A DNA stretch of 64,000 bases, from positions 20,708,001-20,772,000 of the forward strand of contig NC_083278.1 in assembly GCF_963506605.1 (NCBI RefSeq). Direction: 5' to 3'. Of the stretch, positions 13,621 to 27,062 are shown one piece after another; position 1 is the stretch's first letter, and each line of letters begins with the position of its first letter. The translations under genes and the position numbers were made by a program. Source of the stretch: Zootoca vivipara (taxonomy: Eukaryota). The notes under the pieces are model-generated. The model was not told the DNA's origin. It saw only the letters and a list, made by a program, of their open reading frames with translations, and searched no databases.

Positions 13621-14180
13621 TTAACAATACGGTATAGAGCATAGAACTGGTGGCATTGTCCTATAGAGTGGGATTAGGGTCTCTCTTGTGTGTCTGCATG
13701 ACTATCCTGCATGGATATGCTCTTGGGTGTCCGTGGGAGTTATGAATATGACTCATCTTATGATGCGCGCCCTGGAATAATACAGTTCACCATCATTTGG
13801 CCATCATCTGGAGAAGGAATGAGGAGCTTATTTGCATTGAAATCAGAGGATGAACATCCACATCCCACCTCCCCCCCCCCATAAAATTAGCAGCACTATT
13901 CACAATGGGTTACTGTTTATAAGCTATTTTTTCAACTTTGTTTTCTGCTGTACTTTAGCAGTGAACCTTGAGACTTAGCAGAGTTAGCAATTTTGCTTCT
14001 GACAGGGTTACTGTGCCTTTAACAATTGAACGACAGGCAAAAATACAACAATCAAGATTCTGGCTTGGAGGTGGAGTGAGGGGGAAGTTTTGCTTGTTCA
14101 ATTCTGGCCAATAAGACAATCATTAAAGGTATAAGAGCTGCTTTTTAAAAAAGCTGCTAACAATAACATGAAATGAAACT

Positions 14181-14552
14181 TGTTGTTGTTGTTGTTTAGT
14201 CGTTTAGTCATTTAGTCGTGTCCGACTCTTCATGACCCCATGGACCAGAGCACACCAGGCACTCCTGTCTTCCACTGCCTCCCGCAGTTTGGTCAAACTC
14301 ATGTTCGTAGCTTCAAGAACACTGTCCAACCATCTCATCCTCTGTCGTCCCCTTCTCCTTGTGCCCTCAATCTTTCCCAACATCAGGGTCTTTTCCAGGG
14401 AGTCTTCTCTTCTCATGAGGTGGCCAAAGTATTGGAGCCTCAGCTTCAGGATCTGTCCTTCCAGTGAGCACTCAGGGCTGATTTCCTTCAGAAAGGATAG
14501 GTTTGATCTTCTTGCAGTCCATGGGACTCTCAAGAGTCTCCTCCAGCACCAT
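14181..14552 (-). mobile_element. 5'-truncated BovB (RTE) LINE
   Basis: ORF 14204-14572(-) reads LWCWRRLLRVPWTARRSN...QYFGHLMRR...VTKSRTRLND-type C-terminus. (AAC)n tail. TSD aatgaaact at 14172-14180 and 14553-14561. Confidence 0.95.
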
Positions 14553-15101
14553 AATGAAACTATATGTTTCATTTAAGAAAGGCAGACTAAACTCAGCTAT
14601 ACAGCTGCAAATAAAACATTTTAAGTGCAATATACAATGTGGCACTAGATGACGATGGAGAGCCTTATGGAAAATTCAACATCTTTTTAAAAACACTTTT
14701 TTAAAAAAACATTTTCAGAATGGCTTTTATATGTGTGTAGATTCCACCAGGAAGTGTGTTTATATATCTTCTAGGGAAACTCTGGGTTTGCCGAGGGAGA
14801 ACAAGGGAGAAAATCATTGGAAATAATTTAAAAAATGAAAATAAAGGGAAATGTAGTAGTGGGGAGGGGAGAGCAAGAAGCAGCAAAGGATTTTGATGTC
14901 CTAACAGATGGGATTTGAAATCAGCTCACAGAACAGGTTGTGTGTGGGTTTGTATGATGACTGGTGACACAGTCAGTAGGTTTGGGGAATTTCTGGCATG
15001 TGAACTAGCAAATTAAAAGTGCATACACTTTAATAACTATTACTGTGCATCTTCACTTTGGGGGCTTTCTGTTTTGCAGATATGCCTGTGATAGGTAATG
15101 C

Positions 15102-15238
15102 CAGTGCTTCCCCCCCCCGGGGGGGTATTCAAGGGTACGCAGTATCCGCACTTTTGTTGTTGTTAAAAAGTGTGGCACTTACTGTAACTACTTTATGGTG
15201 AGTACTGGCACTTATTTTTCGGGGGGGGGGGAGCACTC
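15102..15238. mobile_element. hAT-like MITE
   Basis: TIRs cagtgcttcccccc / gggggggagcactc. 8-bp TSD ggtaatgc / ggtattgc (7 of 8 match). Confidence 0.8.
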
Positions 15239-16012
15239 GGTATTGCTATTATGTACTAGTGGAAATGTTTCATATGTGTTATTGGCTCTTGAGGCTTTCC
15301 TTGGATAATGGTGTATGTAAAGCATTAGGTTTAATAGGCTTAACCTATCAAGGCAATTCCCAAGACATTCCATAGCAGAAAAAGGTACATGTGAAGTAAC
15401 TGAAAAATTGTTTGTTGAAGTACCTGTCATCACTTCCCTGTACCTTGGAGTATGGGGAGCCATTGCTGCCCATGGGAACCCTGTGAGGAGCTGCAGTTTC
15501 AGGGAGGAGGACTCAGAAGAGACTGGAACATTTATATAATCTCAGGGATTTCCTGCCCCTGACTCTTTCCTTCTCTCAATAATGCTCCTGGCAGTGATAG
15601 TCAAGTGAGCACACCTCCACTGGCTCTGGACATTCCTATGCCTGAAACTATCTAATTTCCTAGGGAGCTGGAGGTAAAGAGAGAGAAACTGATGCTGGTG
15701 TGGAGTCATCAGGGGCACAACCAAGGTGTCCCTGGGCTCACTCTACTGTGACACAGCTGGTTCTTCAGGATTCTCAGTTGGTAGTGGTCTCCATAGGTTC
15801 AAAGATGTTTTTTTCTTGTATAAAGTCCAACCAAGTTCAGTGTTGCGCCTGTTGATGACTGTAGGGTTTTTAAAAACTGTTATCTAGTTAATAAACTTAG
15901 TTATTTCACACTTAGTATGTCTTTGGTTTCAAGATGATAAGGGATTATATGGTGTTAGAACTGTAAGGTGGAATGTAGGGTCCTAGGTATTTGGCTTATA
16001 TATATATACCTT

Positions 16013-16373
16013 GGTGCTGCAGGAGACTCTTGAGAGTCCCATGGACTGCAAGAAGATCAAACCTACCGGTATCCATTCTGAAGGAAATCAGCCCTGAGTG
16101 CTCACTGGAAGGACAGATCGTGAAGCTGAGGCTCCAATACTTTGGCCACCTCATGAGAAGAGGAGACTCCCTGGAAAAGACCCTGATGTTGGGAAAGATT
16201 GAGGGCACTAGGAGAAGGGGACGGCAGAGGACGAGATGGTTGGACAGTGTTCTTGAAGCTACGAACATGAGTTTGACCAAACTGCAGGAGGCAGTGCAAG
16301 ACAGGAGTGCCTGGCGTGCTATGGTCCATGGGGTCACAAAGAGTCAGACACGGCTAAACGACTAAACAACAAC
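16013..16373 (+). mobile_element. 5'-truncated BovB (RTE) LINE
   Basis: ORF 15991-16365 gives the BovB C-terminus. (AAC)n tail. TSD atatatacctt at 16002-16012 and 16374-16384. Confidence 0.95.
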
Positions 16374-19300
16374 ATATATACCTTACACATTACGTAGTAT
16401 GATTTAGTGCTTTAGGATGAAACTCATTGTTTAAAGCAGCACTATCAAGAGAGCCTAATAGTATATACTGCTGGGGCTCCTCTGCTGATCTTAGCACCTT
16501 AGGCTGGTCTATACTGGAGAAGGCACTCCTTCAGATACCTGTGGCATTAGTGTCAAAACCCCCAATATGTTGTACTTGGTTGGTTGCAGCAGTTCCCTTA
16601 GAAATAGATTTATTGACTTAGAGTTAAGTAGAAGAGTCCAGGAAGCACAGGCAATTTGAATCGGAAGCCAACTCTTCTAAACTGTATGCTTGGAACAAAA
16701 TGATAATAAGTTTAGTCCATGTACTGGAATAAAGATTACTCTTTAAGGGATGGTTCAACAGGGAAACTTACCCAAGCTCAGCATTGTCTTCTGCTAACAT
16801 TCAGGTAGTTCACAAAGTGGCATTTCAATATTTTTTTTGTCATAATCTTTCAATTTATGCATGAATGTGTAAATAAATGAATTTCGTGATATATAAGAGC
16901 TGTCTAATAATGAAAGAACACCTGGCTATATTGGGTTTTTCAAAGTGTAAAGACATCCAAGCATCTCTATAGAATGTTGATCCACGAGACATTGGGATTT
17001 ATATTGCATGTGCTTTAGAGCTCATACTGTCAGTCTAGTTGTTAGAGATATTAGCTCAAAGATGAAAAAGAAACTCCTGTCCTTCCCATAATACTTAATG
17101 GTTGGTAGGGTTCTTCTGCCAGTGCTTCTTTTAATCTGAATCCACCCAACAGATACAAAGTGTAGTAGTTGACACACACACACACGCGCGATAGAGATGG
17201 CAGCTGTTTTCCCTTGAGGCTCTCATCCTTCTAATCCATCCTTAAGAGGAAATCAATATAGATTCTCTAAAAGGATTTCACAGCTGTCACCCACATCAGC
17301 AGATGGAGAACCACAACCTGCTTAAGTAATCTTGAAAGGAGAAGATTCACTAGACTATGTAGGACTATCATGTGCAACAGCAAGACTGATACCAATGCAG
17401 AACACCATCATGGTGGAATGATAATCATAATTAAATAATATTAGCTGGAGATGTATAGGAATGGAAATGCACTGAAGTATTTCAAGGGTATACTACTGCT
17501 ATCTTCCCAGGAAATTTAATCTGAACAATTTATAACCAGGTAATGTAAATAGCCACATTGAAGTTGGTTTGGGGTGTGTGGTTTTTTTGTGCAGGAGGGA
17601 GAATGCTGTTGGAATATTTTTATTTTTATTTATTTCTCCTTTTTTTGCTAACTGTGACATATGCAATTTTGGAGTAATTACATCTTCTCCAGTACAAGGT
17701 ATTTTCCACCACAGGAAAATTGTGACAATTGCTGTGAGAGAGGGGAACCCCCCCCCCCAGAACCCAGCCAATTCTCCTTCCTGGCCCTGAACAGTGACCA
17801 ACATCTGTCCATAGCAAAATAACTCAAACCAACCTGTGTAAGACGGAAAGCACAACCAGAAAAAGATAAGCAATTCTGACCTTTTTACATGTAGGCATTA
17901 CACCTCTGCTAGACAGAAATGAGCCTCATGTGTGTTGGAATATTACTAAGGCTTTGAGATCCATGCACATAGGAAAGTATATTCATATACATAGGCAATT
18001 ATATGCATAATTACCAAGTACAGAATGCTTATTTAACTTCACACCAACATATCTCTCCAAATGAAGTCTTCTGTTATGATGACAGTCTGGGCAGTGAGGC
18101 AAAAGTGCATTTCACAGACACCACTGGAATCAGGATGTACTACAAAATTCAATTATGTGGCTTTCAAAATGGTTGTCACATAAACTAGTGAGAAACCTAA
18201 TCAAACTGAATTAACAAAGGAAAACATTCGTTGCAGCTCAACAGTATATTTTGTTCAAAGTCCAGAACCATTTTAGCAGATTTTAAAAGGGACGTGCTGT
18301 GTGGAAAGACTAAAAACAATTCCTTATTAAGTGAACAGTTAAACTCCCAGGAATTATGAGACTAGTGATGCCTTTACTCTTGGCACAAAATGTGAAGAAT
18401 ATTATTTTCATTTTCCTTAGAGATTTAGACATTGTAAGAGACAAGTCTCACAACAATACATTATACAACAGCTGAAACAGCAATTATCTGGCAAAGAAGG
18501 CCCTATGTTTTTTCAGCAACAACGTTCAAGAATGATAGGGCTAATTTTGTGCATTGCCTCATTCAGAACAATGTCTGGGAAATAACACAATACTGTGATG
18601 GCAATATGCTGATGAAGTAGAGGAGAAATGCTTGAAATAATGCATTGGAATATTAGGACTTCAGAAAATAAAACCATTGGCAAGAGCATTGCAATAAAAA
18701 TAATTATCTATGGATGCCTTAAGAACTGCTGACTTCGTGGAGAAATGCTTTGAAATTTTATTGTTTGTGGATTGTAGAAGGATTTTTGAGATATAATAAA
18801 ACACATTGCGAACAGAAGTGCAAGCAACAGAGTAGTATTACTGAAGCCAATAAGTTAGCTAAATCAAATATTTGGTGCAATTGAACCCAACTTAAGCACT
18901 TTAAAGTCCTATTGATTTCAGCAAAAGCTCTGGCTTAACTGATACCCATTGACATCCATGGGTTCTTAAATTGCTTATGAAGCTATTTTGGACAATCCTT
19001 CTTTTTACATGAATGAGAAATGCTGAGCACAGCAAATTTTGAATGAGGAAAAAGTCCAATCTACTGTCTGTACCATGCACAAATTTTTCAGTAGAAGAGA
19101 GAAACCCAAATTGATTCAGTCAGTACTACAATCCCATTAAGTGACCTTGAAACACATCCCAGTAGTATCACCAAAAAAGAAAAGAACACTAAATTAAAGA
19201 ATTAACCACCTTAAAGATTTCCACAAAGTGATTACATAGTCATGAGCTAAATACATTAACTTACTTGTAATTGAGCTCTAATTACATTGAGAGCACTCAA

Positions 19301-20420
19301 TCCATTTAATAGCCTAGATGATACTGCAAACAAAATCATAGAATTTTAAATATTTCTTGGTGCCTCCGTTAGTAAAGCTTTTATAGATAACCTTGGAGAA
19401 ATCCTATTGATTTTTTAAAAATTATTTCAATTGCATTATATTATCAATACTTACTTTTAAAAATAGAAGAACTGGTCTGCTTAAATACCTAGGTAGGGCA
19501 TAGTTATTGACATATGTACACTCACAGAATGAAATTGACATTGACATTGTGTTCATCATAATCTTTAGGAATTGCATCAGTGAAGTGTTTTAAAGGTGTT
19601 ATTTATTTTCACTCAACATTTTGTTGGCTTCAGTAGTAAACAAACAACAACAACAAAAAAAAACCTTCAAAGTATGTTACTTCGTGCTTTAAAGGTGAAG
19701 AAAGGCACAAATAATTTATGAGGTCCAAAAGTGTTGTTTCAATACTTTACCAGCAAACTTGGTATGCAATACATTTTAGTCCATCTTGGACCACCCTGCA
19801 GACTAGTATTCAGGGAAAACTGCTCTCCTTTCTGAAATCTGTTGCTGCACACACACCTATATTTTGGAACTGATGATTGTGAGACATAAAACTGCCAACA
19901 GGGAAAGGGTGAAGTGTTCCTTCACAATTTGCCCTTAATTTGTTCCTAAGTAACCTTTCATTGTTCCTAAGTACAGTCTCAAGGAGTTGCTTTTCATTTG
20001 TGGCTAGTCTTCCCTGGAGAAACTAAGTATCTGGGAGAGGGATTTGTCTTGCACTTAGTTGAGTGCATTAACAAAGAGCTGAGAACAGGAAAGTGTTGCC
20101 TTGAGTCCTGATGTTGCATTGTCTTTTGAAAACAACCACCTTTTAAAGCCAAGCTTTTGAAAATCAGCGCCCCTGTGTGGATCCCATTCAATTATTCTCA
20201 TTTGGCTCCAGATTTGCTAGATTTTTTAAAATGTCTATAAAAGCAAAGCCGTCACATTTACACATATGGCAAATAAAAAAAATCAGTCTTGAGAACGAAA
20301 TTAAACAGATAGGACTCTCACTAGACTCCCTGTACTGCTTATTGGAAAATCCTGCTTTTTTATTTTTACAATTAAACACAGATTTTTAGGCAATGAATTT
20401 CAAGAACTTAGTAACCAAAT

Positions 20421-20848
20421 CAGGAATAGCATCTGTGCAAGTCTGGGGATGGTGCGCTCAGTGGGGCCGCTTGGCTGCCCAGGGCGCCAAATGTGGAGGT
20501 GCCCCCTGGGGGCGGGGTGTCGCTCTGCAGCATGCATGTGTTGTGACGCATGCAGCATGACATCACGACGCACACGTCAGGATGCAAGGTGCATGCACAG
20601 TCGATCCAGGCTGGCGCTGCTGCTCCCATGGCAACCTTACAATCTGCCGAGCAAGCGGTAACTCATAAGGCTGCCCCATCCATGCTGCTTTTTGCACGCG
20701 GCAGCCTTATGAGTTGCCGCTCGTAAGGTTGCCGCGGGAGAAGCAGCGCCAGCCTGGCTGCCGCTTGCACACAGTGGCCCGTAACGGGCTGTTGCTCTTG
20801 CACAGCAGCCCATTATAGGGCGCTGTGTGTGAGCAGCGTCAGTGTGGT
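20421..20848. mobile_element. GC/CpG-rich fragment, probably a truncated non-autonomous hAT element
   Basis: Abrupt GC-rich island with 'gggcgcc' and 'gcgtgcg'-like subrepeats as in 13002 and 36470. No clean TIR pair or TSD. Confidence 0.5.
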
Positions 20849-20850
20849 TT

Positions 20851-21069
20851 TTAAACAAACAGTATTTTAAGCATCTTCTTCCATTCATTATAAATCATTT
20901 CCCAGTACTTCTTAACAATTTTGCAATCCCACCATATATGAAAAATATGTCCCTTCTGCTGATTTACATTTCCAACACTTTTTTCTTTATTTTTATGCAT
21001 TTTTGCTAATTTTACTGGAGTTAGGTACCATCTGTACATAATTTTCATATAATTTTCTTTAATCGCCAC
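20851..21069 (-). mobile_element. L1/Tx1-clade LINE ORF2 fragment (C-terminal zinc-binding region)
   Basis: KENYMKIMYRWYLTPVKLAKM...FHIWWDCKIVKKYWEMIYNE. The CWKC knuckle (aag tgt tgg aaa tgt aaa) lies in an adjacent frame between two compensating indels. Confidence 0.85.
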
Positions 21070-21153
21070 ACATGTCCAAGTTCATCCTTTAGTTAGCCAG
21101 CTTCTCCCTCATCCAAATTCACAATAATAAAAAGATGCAGTTCTTGCCACTAA

Positions 21154-21355
21154 TTGGCATTCATCTGTCTCAAGAGAAAATGGAAGAGTGAGCCTTTGGG
21201 AGTTGAAGTCAGGCCATTGGAGAGTTACAGCACCTGCTGTGGCTGTAGAGACGGATATGGAAGAGACATGTTTTCTTGCAGCTGGGGCAGATGAAGGCGT
21301 CCAGTTGTAGTTGTGCTGATGCAAATGTTTCTTCTTTCTGCATTCCTCCCAGCCA
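21154..21355 (-). mobile_element. RTE-clade LINE 3' fragment (non-BovB)
   Basis: Minus strand reads FICPSCKKTCLFHIRLYSHSRCC (degenerate CxxC...H motif at the RTE ORF end), followed by a short 3' UTR 'ccattttctcttgagacagatgaatgccaa'. Confidence 0.7.
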
Positions 21356-22190
21356 CTACTAGGCTGGCTTTCCACTCTGTACTGGCAAGTAAAAGTGTCC
21401 ATTAACACTCTCCTCCCTCTTTTGAAATGGCATTGGTGCTGTTTCTTTTTATAGCACACAGTTGTCTGTAAAATGCAGTGCTTTGATTGGCTTCTATTTC
21501 TGCAGTAGCTACAGCTCTTTGTAGTACTTTGTTTCCTATGAACTCTGCTTTGGCAGTTATCTGGCAGTCTCCCCTGAACTAATCAATGGGGCTTTCTTGT
21601 CATTGATTTAATGTTTCATGTTTTGGAAGGGAGATGTTGCTTTATCTTAGGGTGTGTGTGCACAAATCAGATGATGTGTGAAGGCTGCTCTAAATGGCTC
21701 CTTGTGATAGTCGCCTCCAGCAAAGTCGTATCCAGCTGCTTGCAATGTGTACTGGGGTAATTTGCTCATCTCACCACAAAACATAGCAATCTTTGCAATG
21801 GCATGGAGCAAATTGCCCAACCCATGTGGAAAGCACAAGCACACCAGTGATTTGCCCCATGGAGATGGCCATAACTAGGAGTCATTGGTTGTGGCTTCCA
21901 TCTTCTTTGAATGACACTGGCCATACAATACTTTAAAAAGGGGAAAGTTCTGGAAGGGCTTGTGCATGCTGCTGACATATCTAGCCATCTAAGGGTGCTG
22001 TCAAGAAATGTTTTGTGTTGTTATAAGCAATGTTACATGGTCAAGGGCAGTGCAATGCAGGTTTCTCGTACCTTAGTGCCTGTTGTTGTACTAAAAGCTG
22101 TTGGATATGCAACTTGAAAAAGCTCCTGTGTTATTCTTTCCTAAGTAAGAAAGAAGAAAGGAAATAGGAACAGCATTTCAGAGCCTAGAC

Positions 22191-22326
22191 CAGGCACCCC
22201 CAAACTGCGGCCCTCCAGATGTTTTGGCTTACAACTCCCATGATCCCTAGCTAAGAGGACCAGTGGTCAGGGGTGATGGAAATTGTAGTCCAAAACATCT
22301 GGAGGGCTGAGGTTTGGGGATGCCTG
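22191..22326. mobile_element. 136-bp palindromic hAT MITE
   Basis: TIR caggcacccccaaac / gtttggggatgcctg with long internal inverted repeats. TSD is degenerate (gcctagac / gcgtagtt). Confidence 0.9.
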
Positions 22327-24740
22327 GCGTAGTTATTTACATTGTGAGAAGGGGGTGGGGATCTAAATGTTTGCGTTTGGGCACATTCATCTCTGCCTGT
22401 GTGTACGTGTATATATTGAAGACCACAGTGAATGTTTATTTAAAGAATTTTAAATGTACGTATATTTAGGAAAGAAATTTATTGCAAGGTATATCTCTGT
22501 AGGGGGCAGTTTTTAATCCCAAAAGACACACATTTCTTTCGTAAATGGTATGGTACAGTGGCTAATCCAGAGTTTAAAGAAAACCTAAGCTATCCATTTG
22601 AATGCACAACAGCCTATTTGACTGTGGTACTTAACTCATTTGGAGATGCAGAAAAAGCAGGGAAGAGACAGCTGTGTTTATCTGATTTGTGTGCATGGAG
22701 GACGCAGAAAACTTCAAAACGGGAAAATCTGAACTCTTATCTGCTACATTCTGTTCAGCTGTGAGGAGCTGTATAACAGTACTTCAATCTAGGGAATCTA
22801 AAGTGGTTCTATAAAATATTATTACCTTCCTTGTGTAATCAAACTTCAGAGTTCTCTGGTTGATATGAAGCCCAAAATAGGAAACTGTTTTTACATTTAT
22901 AACAATGTTGTGCTAACTTGTTTTTTGAAATCATACAATACTTTAAAGAAACAAAAGGTAGCATGACCTATACATGCAGCTGGATAAGGTGGTAGAATCC
23001 TGAAGATTTAGAATGGACTACACCATCAGATCACAAAGAGGAAAGTCACGTTTTTAATGCTTCCTTAAGTAAACTCCCTGTAAGTAGGTAAAAGGAGAAC
23101 TAGTAAATAAGGGAGGGAGAAAATTAACCCAGCCTGCTTCCTGTACTAGCTTTCTACTTACAATTAGGTGTTGTTCTTGTTTTAAATGGAGTATTAAAAA
23201 CCTAATACACTAATGTGGTAGTCCATTTTACCACCTAATTCTCTGGCATGTAAATATCTACTTGCCTAGTCACTTGTGATATAAGATTTTTCTCAAGGGC
23301 TCACATCTGAAACCTTTGGAATATTAAAGGACATTTCTTTCAGGCCAAGGGAGTTGGGTTTGAAAAATATCCAGAGTGTTTAACTTTTGAGGATATATTT
23401 CCCGTCTTCCTTGTACAATAGGAAATATAATAATAATTAAAAGCACAACCGTTCAGAGGAAAATGATAAGCATTGGCTTGAAATCTGAGTTCCTCTTTTC
23501 ATGACCAGAAGAGCTTCTTCAAATCACAGAATGAACTCTGACCCAGCAGAGGCTTTCATTGGCAGAAGTGGGATAGGTGGTTCTCACTTATTGCCTGCCC
23601 CCTGTCTTTACTATGTCCTATGCACTTCTGGGCTCATCCAACTCTCCAATCAAATTTGTGGCCGGGGGTGGGGAGGAATTGGTGAAAACTGAGTCCCCAT
23701 TTCTACCAGTTGGAGCACCCTGTCTGCAAATTTCTGTACACAGTAACATATGATCCAAAGCATTGCTATTTTTGTTGCTTTGCTTGTCTGTTCCTTTATG
23801 GAATTTCTTTAAAGCACTGAGACTTCATTCTTATACAGTACAGGCTCATAGAGCTAATGTGTGAATTGGGCAATGTTCTAGCTGAGCAGAAACAGTTACA
23901 TTTCAAAAGGGCATGGTACCAATCCTTTCATTCAAGTTGAACGAATTTTTACCTCTGACTTTATTGTACTCATTGTTAGGCCACTGGGTTGGGCGATCAT
24001 ACTATGAAAATATTAGTTACTGAAACAGACAGTAAGGTACATCAAAAAATAGCACAACACAGAATGAATAGAAACATGTTTCATTTTGAGAGCTGCTGTA
24101 GAGTACCTCATGCCTTAACAATAGGAACACTAGCAAACATGCTGTAGAAGTTGTCCCTAGAAGTACTTGTATTTCAGAAGGTCCTTTTTTTGAAGTTAGT
24201 TTTTTTAAACAAACAAACAAACAAACAAACCTTTCGAGGGGTAGAGCTTCATGTTCAATCAGGAATCAAACTAGGATAATGACCTGGGGCTTTTTCTTAG
24301 CCCATATTTCAGATGACCCTGATTCCATTCTAGGTCTTCCTATGTTTTCAACTAGATCACGGGTAGGGGTTGTTGTTATTATCATTATCATTATCATTTT
24401 GAGGGGCAATGAACACTCTGGGAAGAACAACCAAGGACAATTGTATGACTGTATGGGACCAGATATGTTAAAACTCTGCAGTGTATGTTGGCATCTGGAA
24501 GTATCAGTCTTTTATTTCTTAGGCACAGGGATACAGCAGTTAACTTCCTAGGAGCTACAAAGCCCCAAACCCTCTTCCTTAGAAATCAAAACAGCAAGAG
24601 TTAGGTCTGAACAGATTTCTTCACTGGATTACTGAACTCCATGTATTGTTTGGCACCAGAATCACCTTCAAAAAGAGAAGGCAGTTCAGGAAGAAAACAA
24701 AGATTAAAGTTTCTGGAAGAATCAATACGAATGTCCAACA

Positions 24741-24762
24741 GTGTGTGTGTGTGTGTGTGTGT
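24741..24762. repeat. (GT)n microsatellite
   Basis: Direct reading. Confidence 0.9.
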
Positions 24763-26034
24763 TTTTAAAAATAACAACAAGATGAGTTATCGTGGTAGAG
24801 GATGCCTAATGGTTTTTATTGCCATTTAGGGCTATAAACTTTATGCTATACCTCTCAGGCAGAAACATTCCTCTCTGCCAACAATTGCTAGCAGTCAATC
24901 AGAACTCAATGGCACAATGAGCTGGTTTCTATTTTGTTCAAATTCCTCAACAATCCGTATGAGTTTAATTAGTGCTTTGCAATGGTGCATTTGATTTCTG
25001 GCTGAAAGGTCTGCAGTATGAAAACATTGTTAAATATAGGACAATTGTCGTTTTAATGGGATATAATTTATAGGGCTATGGCTATGCAATGGCGCTTAAT
25101 GTAGACATTTGCAGTTTAAAATAGAGAAGATGAAAAGAAATAGTAGGTGGTTGCTAACTGGAGAGGGGGGAATCACTAAAATCATTGTTGATTGATAGTA
25201 GAGTTAAACAACCCTCTGGCATAAGAAAGGGTTGCACACAACATTTTCATAATTAATAAAACTGAATTGTAGCAAACATTCTATACAATTTCATATTCTG
25301 CTATTGGGGTGGTAGTTACATTCTTGGGAGCTATGATACTGTTTGCATAAGGGTATGTTCATTACCACACTCATGCCACAGTTTATTTCATTTTTGTATT
25401 TTAGTAACTATTGGCTCAGTGCAAACGGTTCCAGGTTCAGTTCCTTGAATTCTGTCTGAGAGCTGCTCAGCTTGCATAGCTGCTCCTAGTTAGACATAGT
25501 AGTGCTCTGGCTTAGTATTAGGCAGCTTAATTTCCAGAATTTTCTGAATATGTATGCTGTCTCCTCCCTGAGTTGGGGAACCAATTTCTTTTATTGCTTG
25601 CTTGCTTGCTTAACAGAGAATTTGCTAAATTCCCGCCAATGTCAACTGATAATTTTTAGAAAGAATGGGGGGAGCAAGAAACCTCAAGACAGCACTGCAA
25701 AGTAGTTTTTAGTTTAAAAAAAAAAACAGGCAAAATTAATTATTGGATGTGTGGCTGTGATGGTGCAACATGAATTCATCAATTTTTAAAATGTGGGAAT
25801 TGAAAAAATCTTCACATTTATATTATTATCACAACAATCCACCATTCTCTTTTACAAATAAAAACAGTCAACGACCTGCAATGTATGTAAATAATATCTT
25901 TCTCTTGTCCTAACATGGGAATTTGAGAGATGAATTGTTTGCCCCCCCCCCAAAGCCAATTGGTAAGTTTATTGGTAGAGGTGCAATTTGAACAAAGTTA
26001 TTTTGCTGCAGAATTCAGTCATTTAGATCTGACG

Positions 26035-27062
26035 TTCTTCCTGGCGATCACTCATAGTCAAGTAAGATGTCTTCCATAAACACGGTTTTAAAAGTGAGTC
26101 CGTAAGTGACTGTGGAGGCCAATTCTGGATCCACACTTGCTTCCACAGTGGGGACATACGTTTCCGGGCAGGAGTTGATCATGGTGAGGGTTTGCCATAC
26201 GTGCCTTCTTCTTAGCACGTTTCTCCCTTTTGTCCTGAGTTCAAGTGTCAATAAAGTCCATGACACCTTTGGCAAAGGCTGTTCTCCAATTGGAGTGCTT
26301 GCAGGCCAGTGTTTCCCAATTGTTGGTGTTTATCCAACATTTTAAAAAGATTTGCCCTGAGAGAGTCTTTAAACCTCTTTTGTTGACCGCCAGCATTACA
26401 CTTTTCACCTTTAAGTTTATAACAGAGTAGTTGCTTTGGAAGACGATAATCAGGCATCTGAACAACATGACCAGTCCAATGAAGTTGATGTTGAAGAATC
26501 ATTGCTTCAACACTGGTGATCTTTGTTTCTTCCAGTACACTGGCATTAGTTCGCCTGCCTTCCCAAGTGATATGTGGAATTTTTTTGAGACACCATTGAT
26601 GGAATCTTTCAAGGAGTTGGAGATGGTGTTTATAAGTGGTCCATGTTTCACAAGCATACAGTAAGGTTGGTAGTACAATAGCTTTGTAAACAAGCATTTT
26701 GGTTTCCCTGCGAATGTCCCAGTCCTCAAACACCCTGCACTTCAATTGGGAGAAAGCTGCACTCGCAGAGCTCAGGTGATGCTGGATTTCAGCATTGATG
26801 TCGGCCCTTAAGGAAAGATAACTGCCCAGGTAGGAGAAGTGATGGACATTTTCCAACGTTACACCATTGAGTTGGCTTTGTGGTGCTGCAGAGGGGTTGT
26901 TTTGTGCTTGTTGATGCAGCACTTTGTTTTTTTGGATGTCGAGTGTTAGGCCAAGCTTTCCGTAAGCTTCTGTGAAGATATTTAGGATGGTTTGGAGGTC
27001 ATCCTCTGAGCGTGTGCAGACTACGTTGTCATCAGCAAACTGAAGCTCTATGACAGATGCTA
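26035..27062 (-). mobile_element. 5'-truncated RTE-clade LINE (non-BovB) with a disrupted RT C-terminal ORF
   Basis: Minus strand gives ELQFADD (RT catalytic motif, about 27030-27050). ORF 26248-26922 contains FSYLGS, VYKAIVLPTLLYACETW and QLHWTGHVVQM. After a frameshift there is a C-terminal CPHCGSKCGSRIGLHSHLRTH motif near 26095-26155. Confidence 0.92.
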
